DNA of 64,000 nucleotides from the NCBI GenBank assembly GCA_963820825.1, contig CAWGBN010000007.1, positions 64,001 through 128,000 on the forward strand, read 5' to 3'. A model generated the notes under the pieces. That model was not told the DNA's origin. It made no database searches and was given only the letters and a program-made list of their open reading frames with translations. The DNA is from Vulcanimicrobiota bacterium. Its GTDB lineage: Bacteria > Vulcanimicrobiota > Vulcanimicrobiia > Vulcanimicrobiales > Vulcanimicrobiaceae. Made by a program: the position numbers and the translations under genes. Positions 49,281 through 59,103 of the stretch are shown here, piece after piece (positions within the stretch are counted from its first letter, which is position 1; each line of letters starts with the position of its first letter).

Positions 49281-50398
49281 CGTTCCAGAACCTGCAGATT
49301 GTTATCGTTGTCGTCGTTGAAGTACACTCTTTGGTTCTTGATCTCGTTGCCCGTCGTGACGATCCCGAAGAGCGCGCCGGCCGCGCCTTTATCCACGTTG
49401 CGAACGTCCATCACTCTGCCGCTGCGCGAGAGTTCGACCATGAGGTTCTGACCGCTCGGATTGCTGGTGTTGCCGACGACGATGTTGCCGTTGGCGAGCA
49501 GCGCCGCGCTGATCGGACCGTCGAGCGGCTTACCCGAGTAGAGCAGCCGCGCGTTCGAGGCTGAGGGACCCGAGAAGCTCTTCCCGCCTTTGCCGACGAC
49601 GATTCCGCCGGCCGGGATCGAGCTCACACTCGCAAACGCAACGACGGTATTATTCGTTCCATCCACGATGTAGAGCGTATCGATGCCGGGATCGTAGGTC
49701 AAGCCGGAGGGACCGAAGATGCTGCCCGGCTTGCCGTGATTGACGGCAAAGCCTTTCGCGATGACGTCGTAGGTGAACTTCGAACCGAGGTTGATGCGCA
49801 CGATCGTTCCGTCTCCGGCGTTCGACTCGTAGAACGCGGGATTCCCCGACTCCGGCTCCGCGTAGATCTGTCCCCACGGACGATCGAACTTCTTGCCTTT
49901 GATGTTCGCCTCGAGCTTGCCCGAGGGCGAGAGCACCGGATTGTCGTCGGCAGCAAAAGCCGCGGCCCAGATGTCGTCGGCCGGGCCTAGCGCAAGCGCG
50001 TCACATCCCAGCAATACTTTCTTGTCGGCCGAGATCAGCGTTGGTTTTGAGCCCGGCTTCGGATGAAGCGCGACGATCGTATAGCCCGTTCCTTGCACGT
50101 TGCTCTTGGCGTTGAAGTTGCAGACGACGAGGTCGCCCTGTTGGAAGGCGCCCGTCGTCGTCGCAGCGACGCTGAGGCCGTATGGATTGAGCTGATGCAG
50201 TTTCGGATCGACCGTCGAGCCGATCACGACTTGCTTCTTGAGCATCTTGAGCATCGAGTACTCTTTCTGCGGCTCGATCCTGCGCAGAGTTCCCGCACCG
50301 CCGCTCTGCGCCGGTAGCATGGCGCCATGGCCGCAGCCGGCCGCGGCGACGAGAAAGAGTGCTGCAGCGATGCCGGTGGTCGTCCGGGAGAGAAGCAT
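49277..50398 (-). CDS. Hypothetical beta-propeller lipoprotein
   Basis: Lipobox AAGC; NPYGL, GDLVVCNFN and GPSGLTYDP..DTLYIVDG motifs. Confidence 0.78.
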   Translation of the reverse strand: MLLSRTTTGIAAALFLVAAAGCGHGAMLPAQSGGAGTLRRIEPQKEYSMLKMLKKQVVIGSTVDPKLHQLNPYGLSVAATTTGAFQQGDLVVCNFNAKSNVQGTGYTIVALHPKPGSKPTLISADKKVLLGCDALALGPADDIWAAAFAADDNPVLSPSGKLEANIKGKKFDRPWGQIYAEPESGNPAFYESNAGDGTIVRINLGSKFTYDVIAKGFAVNHGKPGSIFGPSGLTYDPGIDTLYIVDGTNNTVVAFASVSSIPAGGIVVGKGGKSFSGPSASNARLLYSGKPLDGPISAALLANGNIVVGNTSNPSGQNLMVELSRSGRVMDVRNVDKGAAGALFGIVTTGNEIKNQRVYFNDDNDNNLQVLER

Positions 50399-50498
50399 AC
50401 GGGCCTCCGATTCGGCTAAGAGCCTCTTACGCTAGGACCGGTGCATGAAAAAACTCTGAAACGCCCGCGTCACGCCGCTGCAAGCTTGCTGCGCGACG

Positions 50499-51116
50499 AT
50501 GGCGACGATGCAGAAGGACGCACTCGCAATCGCGCGTCGCCTCTTCGAGTACGAACGTGGACGGGCGGCGGAGAACGAGGTCGTCGAGACGCTGCTGCGA
50601 TTCGGCCGGGGAGCGCTCGCGTACGCGGTACGCAGCCACGTGCGCGTCATGCTGCTCCATCCCGGCGAGCTCTACCGGCAAGCGTCGCAAGCGCTGGCCC
50701 GCTTGGGCATCGACGTCGATGCGTGGCCGGCGCCTCCGGCCGGTCTCTTCGTCGTCGAGGAACGCGCGCTCTATCTGCGGTCGCGAAGTCCGATGACCGT
50801 CGCGCACGAGTTCGGTCACGCGCTCGACTGCGCGCTCGGCGGCGGCGTCTATCGCAGCGGCATCGATCCGCAGGTGCGAGCGCTCTTTGCCAACGCGACG
50901 AGTTTCGTCACGCCGTACGCGGCGACCGGCGTGGACGAATATTTCGCCGAGTCGCTGCGTGCCTACGTCGAAGCGAACGACGCCGCCTCGCCGTGGCCGC
51001 GCGCGACGCGCGCTCGGTTGCGCCACGGCGACCCGGGAATGCACGAATACGTCGAGCTGCTCTTCGAGCGCGATTTCGGCGAGCGCCCGCAGGCACGCAA
51101 AGTCGTCTCTATTTAA
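50499..51116 (+). CDS. Zinc metallopeptidase, anthrax-lethal-factor (ATLF/M34)-like catalytic domain
   Basis: TVAHEFGHALD followed by YAAT..DEYFAES; no signal peptide. Confidence 0.75.
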   Translation: MATMQKDALAIARRLFEYERGRAAENEVVETLLRFGRGALAYAVRSHVRVMLLHPGELYRQASQALARLGIDVDAWPAPPAGLFVVEERALYLRSRSPMTVAHEFGHALDCALGGGVYRSGIDPQVRALFANATSFVTPYAATGVDEYFAESLRAYVEANDAASPWPRATRARLRHGDPGMHEYVELLFERDFGERPQARKVVSI

Positions 51117-51550
51117 TGCACCGCTTGCACGTCGGCGGTGCTGACCCCCGGCGCATCGTTCTTCCACGAGCTGCGGATGTAGGTAATCACCGATGCGATC
51201 TGATCGTCTGAGAGCACGCCCTTCCACCGCGGCATGATGCCGCTATAGGCCTGGCCGTGGACGACGAGGCGTCCTTCCAAACCATCCTTGACGATTGCAA
51301 TCACCGCGACCGGAGTGCCGGTCACCGCGGGATTGCCGGCGAGCGGCGGAAACGCTCCGGGAATCCCTGCTCCATTGGGCTGGTGGCAGCTCGAGCAGTT
51401 TGCGCTGTAGATCGCTCCCCCGTCGCTCGCCGATGCGGGATTCTTCCCCGCCGCGGCCGAGGCCGAGGCCGATGCCGTCGCCGAACCCTGCGAGCCCTTC
51501 GCGCATCCCGCGAAGACGATTGCAACTGCAAGCGCGAGAACGAGTTTCAT
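51113..51550 (-). CDS. Monoheme cytochrome c lipoprotein
   Basis: Lipobox FAGC; CSSCH heme motif; GAFPPLAG and MP motifs. Confidence 0.92.
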   Translation of the reverse strand: MKLVLALAVAIVFAGCAKGSQGSATASASASAAAGKNPASASDGGAIYSANCSSCHQPNGAGIPGAFPPLAGNPAVTGTPVAVIAIVKDGLEGRLVVHGQAYSGIMPRWKGVLSDDQIASVITYIRSSWKNDAPGVSTADVQAVH

Positions 51551-52752
51551 ACCGGCCTCCGTGGTCGAGCGCTCATCGCCCAGACGAGTGCGACGAGCAA
51601 GAAATTGGCGACGAGCGAACTCCCGCCGTACGACATAAACGGTAGCGTGATCCCGGTCAGCGGCAAGACTCCGATCACGCCGCTCACGATGATCACCACT
51701 TGGAATCCCAGGGTCGCACCGAGTCCCGTCGCGAGTAGCTTCGTATAGAGATCGGGTTGCTCGAGACCCGTTGCGAAGATCCGCCGGACCAGATCGAGGA
51801 AGATCGCCAAGACGATCAGCGCGCCGATCAATCCGAACTCCTCCGAAAAGGCTGCGTAAACGTAATCGGTCCAAACGTCCGGAATGAATTCGGGATGGCC
51901 CAACCGGTACCCGCTGCCGGCGAGTCCGCCGGCAGCGAGCGAGTAGTACGCCTGCGACGATTGATAGCCGGCATGGAGCGGATCCGAGAAGGGATTGCGC
52001 CAGACGGCGATGCGCTCTTGCACGTACGGATAGTGATGCACCGCCCAGAACGCACCGAGCGCGAAGAGAAGCGCGCCGAAGACCACGATGTCGAGCCGGC
52101 GCGTCGCCACGAAGAGCAAGGTCGCGAATGTTGCAAGCAGCAGGGTCGCCATTCCGAGGTCGCGCTGGACCACCAAGATCGCCATCGACGCTCCCCATCC
52201 CACGAAGAGCGGCCCGAGATACTTCACGTTCGCACGCAGAGACCACGGGCGAGCGTTGCCGATCACGTCGGCGGTCTCGGCGAGATACGCCGCGAGAAAG
52301 AAGACGATGAAGAGCTTGATCAGCTCGATCGGCTCGTACTGCACCGGTCCCAGCCGGATCCACAGCCTCGCGCCGTTGACTTCCTGGCCGAGGAGCAGCA
52401 GGAGCGCGAAGAGCGCGAGTGATGCGACGACCCAAAGATACTTATACGACGCGAAACGGCGGAACTGCGAGAACGCCGGGGCCGCGACGATTGCCAACGC
52501 GATCGAGATGAGGATCCATAGCTGCTGCTTCTCCGCCAACGCCGGCGCGAGACGTGCGACCATTGCGAGTCCCAGCGCCGCGAGTACGACCGCAAGCGCG
52601 GGGAGCAGATCGTCGCGCACCATCGTCGCGGGCTGCCAGAGCACCCAGACCAGCGCGAGCATCGCGAGCAGCGCGAGCATCCAGGATGGACCGACCGTAT
52701 GCGGCGGCGCAAAGCGGAGGATGAGCGCGGAGACGGCCAGCGCCCCGATCAT
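51547..52752 (-). CDS. rodA: SEDS family (RodA/FtsW) protein
   Basis: NGARLWI...QYEP.E..K, QRDLG, TDY...EEFG and PLTGITLPFMSYGGSS motifs. Confidence 0.9.
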   Translation of the reverse strand: MIGALAVSALILRFAPPHTVGPSWMLALLAMLALVWVLWQPATMVRDDLLPALAVVLAALGLAMVARLAPALAEKQQLWILISIALAIVAAPAFSQFRRFASYKYLWVVASLALFALLLLLGQEVNGARLWIRLGPVQYEPIELIKLFIVFFLAAYLAETADVIGNARPWSLRANVKYLGPLFVGWGASMAILVVQRDLGMATLLLATFATLLFVATRRLDIVVFGALLFALGAFWAVHHYPYVQERIAVWRNPFSDPLHAGYQSSQAYYSLAAGGLAGSGYRLGHPEFIPDVWTDYVYAAFSEEFGLIGALIVLAIFLDLVRRIFATGLEQPDLYTKLLATGLGATLGFQVVIIVSGVIGVLPLTGITLPFMSYGGSSLVANFLLVALVWAMSARPRRPV

Positions 52753-52781
52753 CGGCGCGGCGCGCCGGAAGAGCAGCCCGA

Positions 52782-53219
52782 TCAGTCGGCGTGCACCGCG
52801 GTGACGACCAGCCGAGTCGTACCGACGTCGATCTCGTCGCCCTGCTGAATCTCGATCGCCTCGCCGACTCGCCGTCCGTTGAGAAAGGTGCCGTTGCTGC
52901 TCTTGAGATCTTCGAGGTAGACGACGCCGTTCTGACCCTCCATGCGCGCGTGACGCCGGCTCACCTCCGCGTCCCGAAGAAAGACCTCGGCGTCGCGGCT
53001 TCGCCCCAGCTCAAACGGCGTACGCAGTTCTGCGACGCGCCGCTCGCCGCGTTCGTAGATCTCCAGATCGACGCGAATCGGCGTCATCGCGCCGACGTCG
53101 GCGGCGGCACGAATCCGCGGGCGCGCGGCGAATGCCGCGACGAGCGCGAGCGCAACGGTGATCTCGAGCGTGCCGATGCGCATCTCGCGGACGAATCCCG
53201 CCGCCACCGCAAGCATCAT
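52782..53219 (-). CDS. FHA domain protein with N-terminal TM (FhaB-like)
   Basis: GR...VSRRHA...DLKSSNGTFLNG motif. Confidence 0.88.
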   Translation of the reverse strand: MMLAVAAGFVREMRIGTLEITVALALVAAFAARPRIRAAADVGAMTPIRVDLEIYERGERRVAELRTPFELGRSRDAEVFLRDAEVSRRHARMEGQNGVVYLEDLKSSNGTFLNGRRVGEAIEIQQGDEIDVGTTRLVVTAVHAD

Positions 53220-53881
53220 TGCGTCTCCACTCGCATGCGGGTATTGCCGAAACGAAGCTCGTCGCCTTCGCGCAGCCGTTCGGTCTCGATGCGCCGCCCA
53301 TTGAGAAAGGTGCCGTTCGTCGAACCGAGGTCGCGTACGCGCGCCTCGCCGCCGGCGACTTCGATGACCGCGTGCGCGCGCGAGACGCCGGGGTCGAGCA
53401 GAACGATCTCGCTCTCTTCGCTCCGCCCGATGCGCGACGTCCGTCGCAACGCGTAGAGGGCCTCGGGTGGAACGCCCTCGAGCGTCCGCAGCCGAAACGA
53501 TCTCACGGTCGGGGCGGCTTCCGCGACGCCGATCTCGACGGCCCCGGCCGGAACGGACGGGCGCGCGGTCATGACGACGGCGGCTTTGCCCTCTTCAAAG
53601 GTCACGCCAACCTTCGCCGCGAGATTCCGCAGGACGTCGGCCCAGGCGCGTTCCAAATATCGGCGGTGTTCGGCGAGGCGTTCGAAGTCCGCGGGATTCA
53701 CGTAGACCGTGTACGCCCCGGGCGCGTGCAAGCGACCATCGTCGTCGCGCGTCTGCGCCTCCATCGTTGCGACGAGCTTGCGCGCAATCTGCGCCGGCTC
53801 GAGATCGCTGGGAAAGGTCTTGGCAAAGGCGCGCTCGATGAGTCCGGCGCAGAACTGTTCGAGCCGGGCCAAGAAACTCAC
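53216..53881 (-). CDS. DUF3662 + FHA domain protein (FhaA-like)
   Basis: LE......IE..FA..F...LEP.QIARKL N-terminus; FHA GR, SR.HA and STNGT motifs. Confidence 0.88.
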   Translation of the reverse strand: MSFLARLEQFCAGLIERAFAKTFPSDLEPAQIARKLVATMEAQTRDDDGRLHAPGAYTVYVNPADFERLAEHRRYLERAWADVLRNLAAKVGVTFEEGKAAVVMTARPSVPAGAVEIGVAEAAPTVRSFRLRTLEGVPPEALYALRRTSRIGRSEESEIVLLDPGVSRAHAVIEVAGGEARVRDLGSTNGTFLNGRRIETERLREGDELRFGNTRMRVETQ

Positions 53882-55197
53882 GGACGCCGCTCCACCCGCG
53901 CGATGTAAAAGCCGTCGCGTCCCTCGATGCCCGGCGGGACGAGCACGTCGTTATCGGCGGTCAAGAACGAGGCGTACGCGGCCGGAATCAGGCTGCGCTC
54001 GAAGTTCTGCTGCGCCAGGAACCAGTCAATCACTTCCGTCGTTTCGCGTGGATCCGTCGAACAAACCGCATAGACGAGTGCGCCGCCGGGGTAGACGTGA
54101 CGCGACGCCCGCTCCAGCAGAGCGCGCTGCGTCAGCGCCAGGCGTTCGCCATCGGTACCTTGCTTCTTCCAGCGCGCCTCGGGATGGCGTCCGACGACGC
54201 CGATTCCCGAGCAGGGCGCATCGAGCAGGATGCCGTCGAAGCAACGCTCGGGCGGCAAGAGCTCGGTGCTCGCGTCGCCGGTGACGAGCGCCGCCTCGAT
54301 GCCGGTCTCTTCGAGCCGCTGCGATAACGTCGCGACCTTTCGCGGGTCGCGCTCGATGCAGAAGAGCGTCCCTTGCTCGCGCAGCCGCGCGCCGATTTGC
54401 AGCGCCTTATTGCCGCGTCCGCTGCAGACGTCGAGAATCGCCTCGCCGGGCTCCGGGCCGAGCACGTCGACCGCCATTGCCGAGCTCTCCGATTGCGGCC
54501 ACCAGCGGCCGTCGGCATGCACGCGCGCAAGCGTGCCGCGCTCGACCAAGAGCACCTCCGGAACGATCGGCGACGGCGCCGTTTCGATGCCGTCGCCGCG
54601 CAGGCGCTCGACCGTTTCGTCGAGGCCGTCTTTGAGTCTGTTGACCACGAGCGCCGGGCGCGGCGGCAGATTTACGCCCGCGCAGACGCGCTCGAGCTCC
54701 GCTCCGAAGACCTGACGCCACTGCCGCACGAGCCACGTCGGCAGCGAGAACCGCGTCGCCAAATACTCGTCATCGTTCTCGAACGACTCGCGCTGCGGCA
54801 GTGCCGGATCGGCGCGAAGCAGGCTGCGGAGCACGGCGTTGACGAGATTGCCCAATCCGCGATGGCCGAATCGCTTGGCGAGATTGACGAACTCGTAGAC
54901 GGTCGCGTGGACGTCGGCCCGCGTATAGACCAGTTCGTAGGTCGCCAGGCGCAGAATCTCGCGGATCGCCGGCGGCAGCTGCGTCTGGACAAACGGCTCG
55001 AGCTGCCAGTCGAGCGCGCGCCGCATCTTGATCGCGCCATATGCCAGCTCCGCGGCGAAGGCGCGGTCGCGGTCGTCCAAATGCGAGCGGCGAGCGCGAT
55101 AATCGAATGCGGCCTGCGCGCTGCGCTCGATCGCGTGCGACTCCGCGGGCGGAAAGACGTCGCGCACCACGGCGAGCGCGAGCTCGCGCGCGTTCAC
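53878..55197 (-). CDS. rsmB: 16S rRNA m5C967 methyltransferase RsmB/Sun
   Basis: NusB-like N-domain; DVCSGRGNK, DAPCSG and YAVCS motifs. Confidence 0.9.
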   Translation of the reverse strand: MNARELALAVVRDVFPPAESHAIERSAQAAFDYRARRSHLDDRDRAFAAELAYGAIKMRRALDWQLEPFVQTQLPPAIREILRLATYELVYTRADVHATVYEFVNLAKRFGHRGLGNLVNAVLRSLLRADPALPQRESFENDDEYLATRFSLPTWLVRQWRQVFGAELERVCAGVNLPPRPALVVNRLKDGLDETVERLRGDGIETAPSPIVPEVLLVERGTLARVHADGRWWPQSESSAMAVDVLGPEPGEAILDVCSGRGNKALQIGARLREQGTLFCIERDPRKVATLSQRLEETGIEAALVTGDASTELLPPERCFDGILLDAPCSGIGVVGRHPEARWKKQGTDGERLALTQRALLERASRHVYPGGALVYAVCSTDPRETTEVIDWFLAQQNFERSLIPAAYASFLTADNDVLVPPGIEGRDGFYIARVERRP

Positions 55198-56024
55198 GGC
55201 CTTCCCCGGCTGCGGAGGTACTCATCGCCGCTCATCCGCCCGCGATTCGGCGCGATCAGCTCGTCGATCTCGAGCTTTCCATCGGCTCCGACGTGCGCGC
55301 GGAGAATCTTGACCGTCTCGTCGCCGAACGTCGCTCGCGCGGCCGGCTGCGGCGAGAATGCGCGCACGGCGTTGACGATTCGTTCCGGCGGCCAGCTCAA
55401 GTCGAGCGTAAGATCCTCCTTGGCGAGCGGACGCGTCAAACTCCCCTCACCGTCTTGGCGCGCGCGCGTAAGCGCGCCTCGCTGCGCCAAATCGATCGCC
55501 TCGCCGAGCAGCTTGGCGCCGAGCCCGGCGAGGCGATCGTGAAGTTCGCCGTACGTCTCGCCGGGCATAATCGCGACGCGCTTGCGCAAAACGATTTCGC
55601 CCGTATCGAGCCCCGCATCCATCAGCATGATGCTCACGCCGGTCTCGCGCTCGCCGTTGTAGAGCGCCGTTTGAATCGGCGTCGCGCCACGGTATTTCGG
55701 CAGCAGCGATGGGTGCACGTTTAGCGCGCCGGCGCGCGGAAGCTCGAGCAGTTCTTGCGGGAGTATCCGGCCGTACGAAGCGAGGACGAAGAGGTCGAAA
55801 TGCTCGTCACGCGCCGCGCGGGCGAACTCGCGCAGGCGAAGCGGTTCGTGGACCGCGATGCCGAGCTCGAGCGCGGCAGACTTTACCGGGCTCGGCTTCA
55901 ACCGGTGGCCCCGGCCCGCGGGCCGGTCGGGCTGGGTGACGACGCCCGCGAGCGCAGTACGTGCCGCGACGACGCGCAGGCTCGGCACCGCAAACGCGCT
56001 CGTGCCGAAAAAGAGGCTCTTCAC
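55194..56024 (-). CDS. fmt: Methionyl-tRNA formyltransferase
   Basis: FFGTSAFA, VVTQPDRPAGRG, NVHPSLLPKYRGATP and MDAGLDTG motifs. Confidence 0.95.
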   Translation of the reverse strand: MKSLFFGTSAFAVPSLRVVAARTALAGVVTQPDRPAGRGHRLKPSPVKSAALELGIAVHEPLRLREFARAARDEHFDLFVLASYGRILPQELLELPRAGALNVHPSLLPKYRGATPIQTALYNGERETGVSIMLMDAGLDTGEIVLRKRVAIMPGETYGELHDRLAGLGAKLLGEAIDLAQRGALTRARQDGEGSLTRPLAKEDLTLDLSWPPERIVNAVRAFSPQPAARATFGDETVKILRAHVGADGKLEIDELIAPNRGRMSGDEYLRSRGRP

Positions 56025-56527
56025 ACCTCGGCGGTCTCTTTTTCCTCGTCGCTGATCGCCGGGCGAACGTTCTTGGCGCGATCGATGTAGAGCTTCCCGT
56101 CGAGATGATCGACTTCGTGCTGCAGGCACTGCGCGAGCAGACCGTCGCCCTCGATCCGGATCTTGTTCCCGTAGCGATCCAAGCCGCTGACGGCGGCGCG
56201 CTCGTACCGAACGATATCTCCTACCATGCCGGGAACGGAGAGGCACCCTTCGCGCAGCTCGACTTCATCGCCGAGCCGCTCGAGCTTCGGATTGATGACC
56301 ACCGCGGGCTCGTGCTCTTCGTCGTGGACGTCCATGACGAAGAGCCGCTTCGAAACGTTGACTTGCGGGGCGGCTAGACCGACGCCCGGCGCGCCGTACA
56401 TCGTCTCGAACATATCGTCGATCAGCTGCTGAAAGAGCGGATCGGCAATCTCTTTGAGGTCGACCCGCTTTGCGACTCTGCGAAGCGTCGGATGGCCGTC
56501 GGCCAGAATCTCGCGCACGTAGGGCAT
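56021..56527 (-). CDS. def: Peptide deformylase
   Basis: GVGLAAPQ, EGCLS and QHEVDHL motifs. Confidence 0.97.
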   Translation of the reverse strand: MPYVREILADGHPTLRRVAKRVDLKEIADPLFQQLIDDMFETMYGAPGVGLAAPQVNVSKRLFVMDVHDEEHEPAVVINPKLERLGDEVELREGCLSVPGMVGDIVRYERAAVSGLDRYGNKIRIEGDGLLAQCLQHEVDHLDGKLYIDRAKNVRPAISDEEKETAEV

Positions 56528-56586
56528 CGGGGGCGGCTATTCGTCCTCGCCGCCGTCCGCTACTCTTAGCCGGTATTTCGGCGAGT

Positions 56587-57078
56587 CTATCCCTTCGTAC
56601 GAAAGGACGACACGACGGTGTGCGGAGTGCAGTTTCTTCCGCCATCGTTCCAAAGCAGCGTCACGCTCTGCCCGGGGGAGAGGAAGGGCTGCGTTCCGTA
56701 CGGGCCGGCAATCGCCGTCGCGTAGTACGATGGATTCGAATACGTCGGCTTTGCATGCGGATTCGGGATCTGCGACCCGCTGATCGGCGCAAAGTTGCCG
56801 GTGAACGTCGACGTACCGTTTGACTGCTGGAGAAAGAAGTCGAACTGATTGCTTGGCGGTAGAGCGCCTTTGGTCGAAACGTACACGTTTCCGAGCCCGG
56901 TCCCAACGCCTTTCGCATTGGGTTTCGGATAGAGAACTTCCATTTGGTTGGCAGGGCCGCCGCAGTTGCCGCTGGGACCGGACGTCGGCCCCGGTCCGGG
57001 ACCATAGACTCCGCTGTTGCAAGCCGCAAGCATGCCGGCGGTGCAAAGAACGATGAGAGCGCCAATCGACCGTTTCAT
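56587..57078 (-). CDS. Hypothetical lipoprotein
   Basis: MKR... lipobox LAAC and a Pro/Gly-rich linker. Confidence 0.75.
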   Translation of the reverse strand: MKRSIGALIVLCTAGMLAACNSGVYGPGPGPTSGPSGNCGGPANQMEVLYPKPNAKGVGTGLGNVYVSTKGALPPSNQFDFFLQQSNGTSTFTGNFAPISGSQIPNPHAKPTYSNPSYYATAIAGPYGTQPFLSPGQSVTLLWNDGGRNCTPHTVVSSFRTKG

Positions 57079-57135
57079 GCCGTAGAACATCCGCTGCGCG
57101 CCCTCCGGCCCCTGCCGGAGCCAATGGGAATTCCC

Positions 57136-58581
57136 TTAAAGAATGTACCCGGAGAGGTCGGCGTTGGCGACGACGTCGGCGAGACGAGCGCGTACGTACT
57201 CGCCGTCGATGGTAACGCGCCCGGTCGTCTCCGGCGCCTCGAAGCTGACGTCTTCGAGCACCCGCTCGAGAACCGTATGCAGCCGCCGGGCGCCGATGTT
57301 CTCAGTCTGCTCGTTCACCCGCATCGCGAAGGTTGCGAGTTGGTCGATCGCGTCCTGGGAGAATTCGAGCGTCACCGCGTCGGTAGCAAGCAACGCCTTG
57401 TACTGCTCGACCAGCGCGTTTTTCGGCTGGGTGAGTATCGTCTTGAAATCTTCCGCAGTCAGCGAATCAAGCTCGACGCGAATCGGCAGCCGGCCCTGGA
57501 GCTCGGGAATGAGATCGGAGGGCTTGCTGATGTGGAAAGCCCCCGCCGCGATGAAGAGGATGTGATCGGTCGTGATCGGGCCGTGCTTGGTGTTGACGGT
57601 CGAGCCTTCGACGATCGGCAGGATGTCGCGCTGTACCCCTTCGCGAGAGACGTCGGGACCGCCGCGGTGCTGGGTCGAGCCCGCGACTTTGTCGATCTCG
57701 TCGATGAAGATAATCCCGTCTTCTCCGGCACGCCGCAATGCCTCACGCTTCACCGCGTCCATGTCGATGAGTTTTGCAGCCTCTTCCTGCTCGAAGATCC
57801 GCCGCGCCTCCGCGACCGTAACGCGCTTCTTCGTTCGGCGCTTCGGCAAGATTCCGCCGAGCATCTCGCCGATGTCCCCGCCCTGATCGAGGCCTCCGCC
57901 GATCACGCCGATCGGCAGACTCGGGGTCTCCTCAACCTCAATCTCGATCAGGCGCACGTCGTAAAAACCGCGTTCGATCTCGCCGCGCGTCTGTTCGCGA
58001 ACGCGCTGCGCCTCGGCGGAGACGGCCGGCGATGGATTCGTCTGCGCCTGCTGCTGACCCGTGTAGCCGGTTCCGAAGATCGATCCGAGCGCCGCGCCGA
58101 GCGGGTTTCCCTGGCCTTGCGCCGAGGGCGGACGCGTCTCCGGATGAAGCACGTCGATGACCCGCTCGACCGCGTGACGCGCGGCGAGCTCGCGCACCTC
58201 GTCGCGCCGTTCGTTGGTCACACTTCGAATCGAGGCCTCGACGAGATCGCGCACCATCGACTCGACGTCGCGGCCGACGTAACCGACCTCGGTGTACTTC
58301 GTCGCTTCGACTTTCACGAACGGCGCGCCGACCAGGGCCGCCAAGCGCCGCGCGATCTCCGTCTTACCGACGCCGGTCGGACCGATCATCAAGATGTTCT
58401 TCGGGGTTATCTCCTCGCGCAGATCCTCTCGCGCCATCGCCCGCCGGTACCGGTTGCGCAGCGCGATTGCGACCGCGCGCTTCGCCTTCGCCTGCCCGAC
58501 GATGTACTTATCGAGCTCTTCGACGATCTGGCGCGGGGTTAAATGGGCGGGATCGAGACTCGTCGTCAGCGCGGTCGTCAC
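57136..58581 (-). CDS. hslU: ATP-dependent protease ATPase subunit HslU
   Basis: [30 protein letters not shown] and ENIGARRL motifs. Confidence 0.97.
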   Translation of the reverse strand: MTTALTTSLDPAHLTPRQIVEELDKYIVGQAKAKRAVAIALRNRYRRAMAREDLREEITPKNILMIGPTGVGKTEIARRLAALVGAPFVKVEATKYTEVGYVGRDVESMVRDLVEASIRSVTNERRDEVRELAARHAVERVIDVLHPETRPPSAQGQGNPLGAALGSIFGTGYTGQQQAQTNPSPAVSAEAQRVREQTRGEIERGFYDVRLIEIEVEETPSLPIGVIGGGLDQGGDIGEMLGGILPKRRTKKRVTVAEARRIFEQEEAAKLIDMDAVKREALRRAGEDGIIFIDEIDKVAGSTQHRGGPDVSREGVQRDILPIVEGSTVNTKHGPITTDHILFIAAGAFHISKPSDLIPELQGRLPIRVELDSLTAEDFKTILTQPKNALVEQYKALLATDAVTLEFSQDAIDQLATFAMRVNEQTENIGARRLHTVLERVLEDVSFEAPETTGRVTIDGEYVRARLADVVANADLSGYIL

Positions 58582-59102
58582 GGAAGAGTCTCCACCGTGA
58601 TGTCGTTGTTGGTATAGATGCAGATTTCCGAGGCGATCTCCAGCCCTTTGCGCGCGATCTCGGCGGCATCGAGCGGCGTGTTTCGAAGCATCGCCGCCGC
58701 GGCCGCCTGCGCGTAAGCGCCGCCGCTGCCGATGGCGGCGATCCCCTCGTCGGGCTCGATCACGTCGCCGGTGCCCGAGAGCAGAAAAAGATGCTCGCCG
58801 TTGCCGACGATCATCAGCGCCTCCAGCCGGCGCAGGACGCGGTCCTGCCGCCAATCCTTTGCCAGCTCGACGGCCGCGCGCCGGAGATCTTTGAACTCGC
58901 CGAACTTCGCCTCAAACTTCTCCAGCAGCGTGATGCCGTCGGCCGCGGAGCCGGCGAAGCCGGCGATCACCTTACCGCCGCAGACCCTGCGTACCTTACG
59001 CGCACTGTGCTTTACGATCGTTTTGTCGAGCGTGACTTGCCCGTCGCCCGCAATCGCGAGCCGTCCATCGCGGCGCACGGCCAGAATCGTCGTTGACTTC
59101 AT
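58578..59102 (-). CDS. hslV: ATP-dependent protease subunit HslV
   Basis: TTILAV...AGDGQVT, GFAGS, GSGG and ICIYTN motifs. Confidence 0.97.
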   Translation of the reverse strand: MKSTTILAVRRDGRLAIAGDGQVTLDKTIVKHSARKVRRVCGGKVIAGFAGSAADGITLLEKFEAKFGEFKDLRRAAVELAKDWRQDRVLRRLEALMIVGNGEHLFLLSGTGDVIEPDEGIAAIGSGGAYAQAAAAAMLRNTPLDAAEIARKGLEIASEICIYTNNDITVETLP

Positions 59103-59103
59103 G

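Noticed and set aside
50445..50459. Selenocysteine or readthrough extension of the ATLF-like gene (ATG AAA AAA CTC TGA in frame)
   Set aside because: No evidence for a SECIS or for a functional role at that position; the downstream ATG is sufficient.
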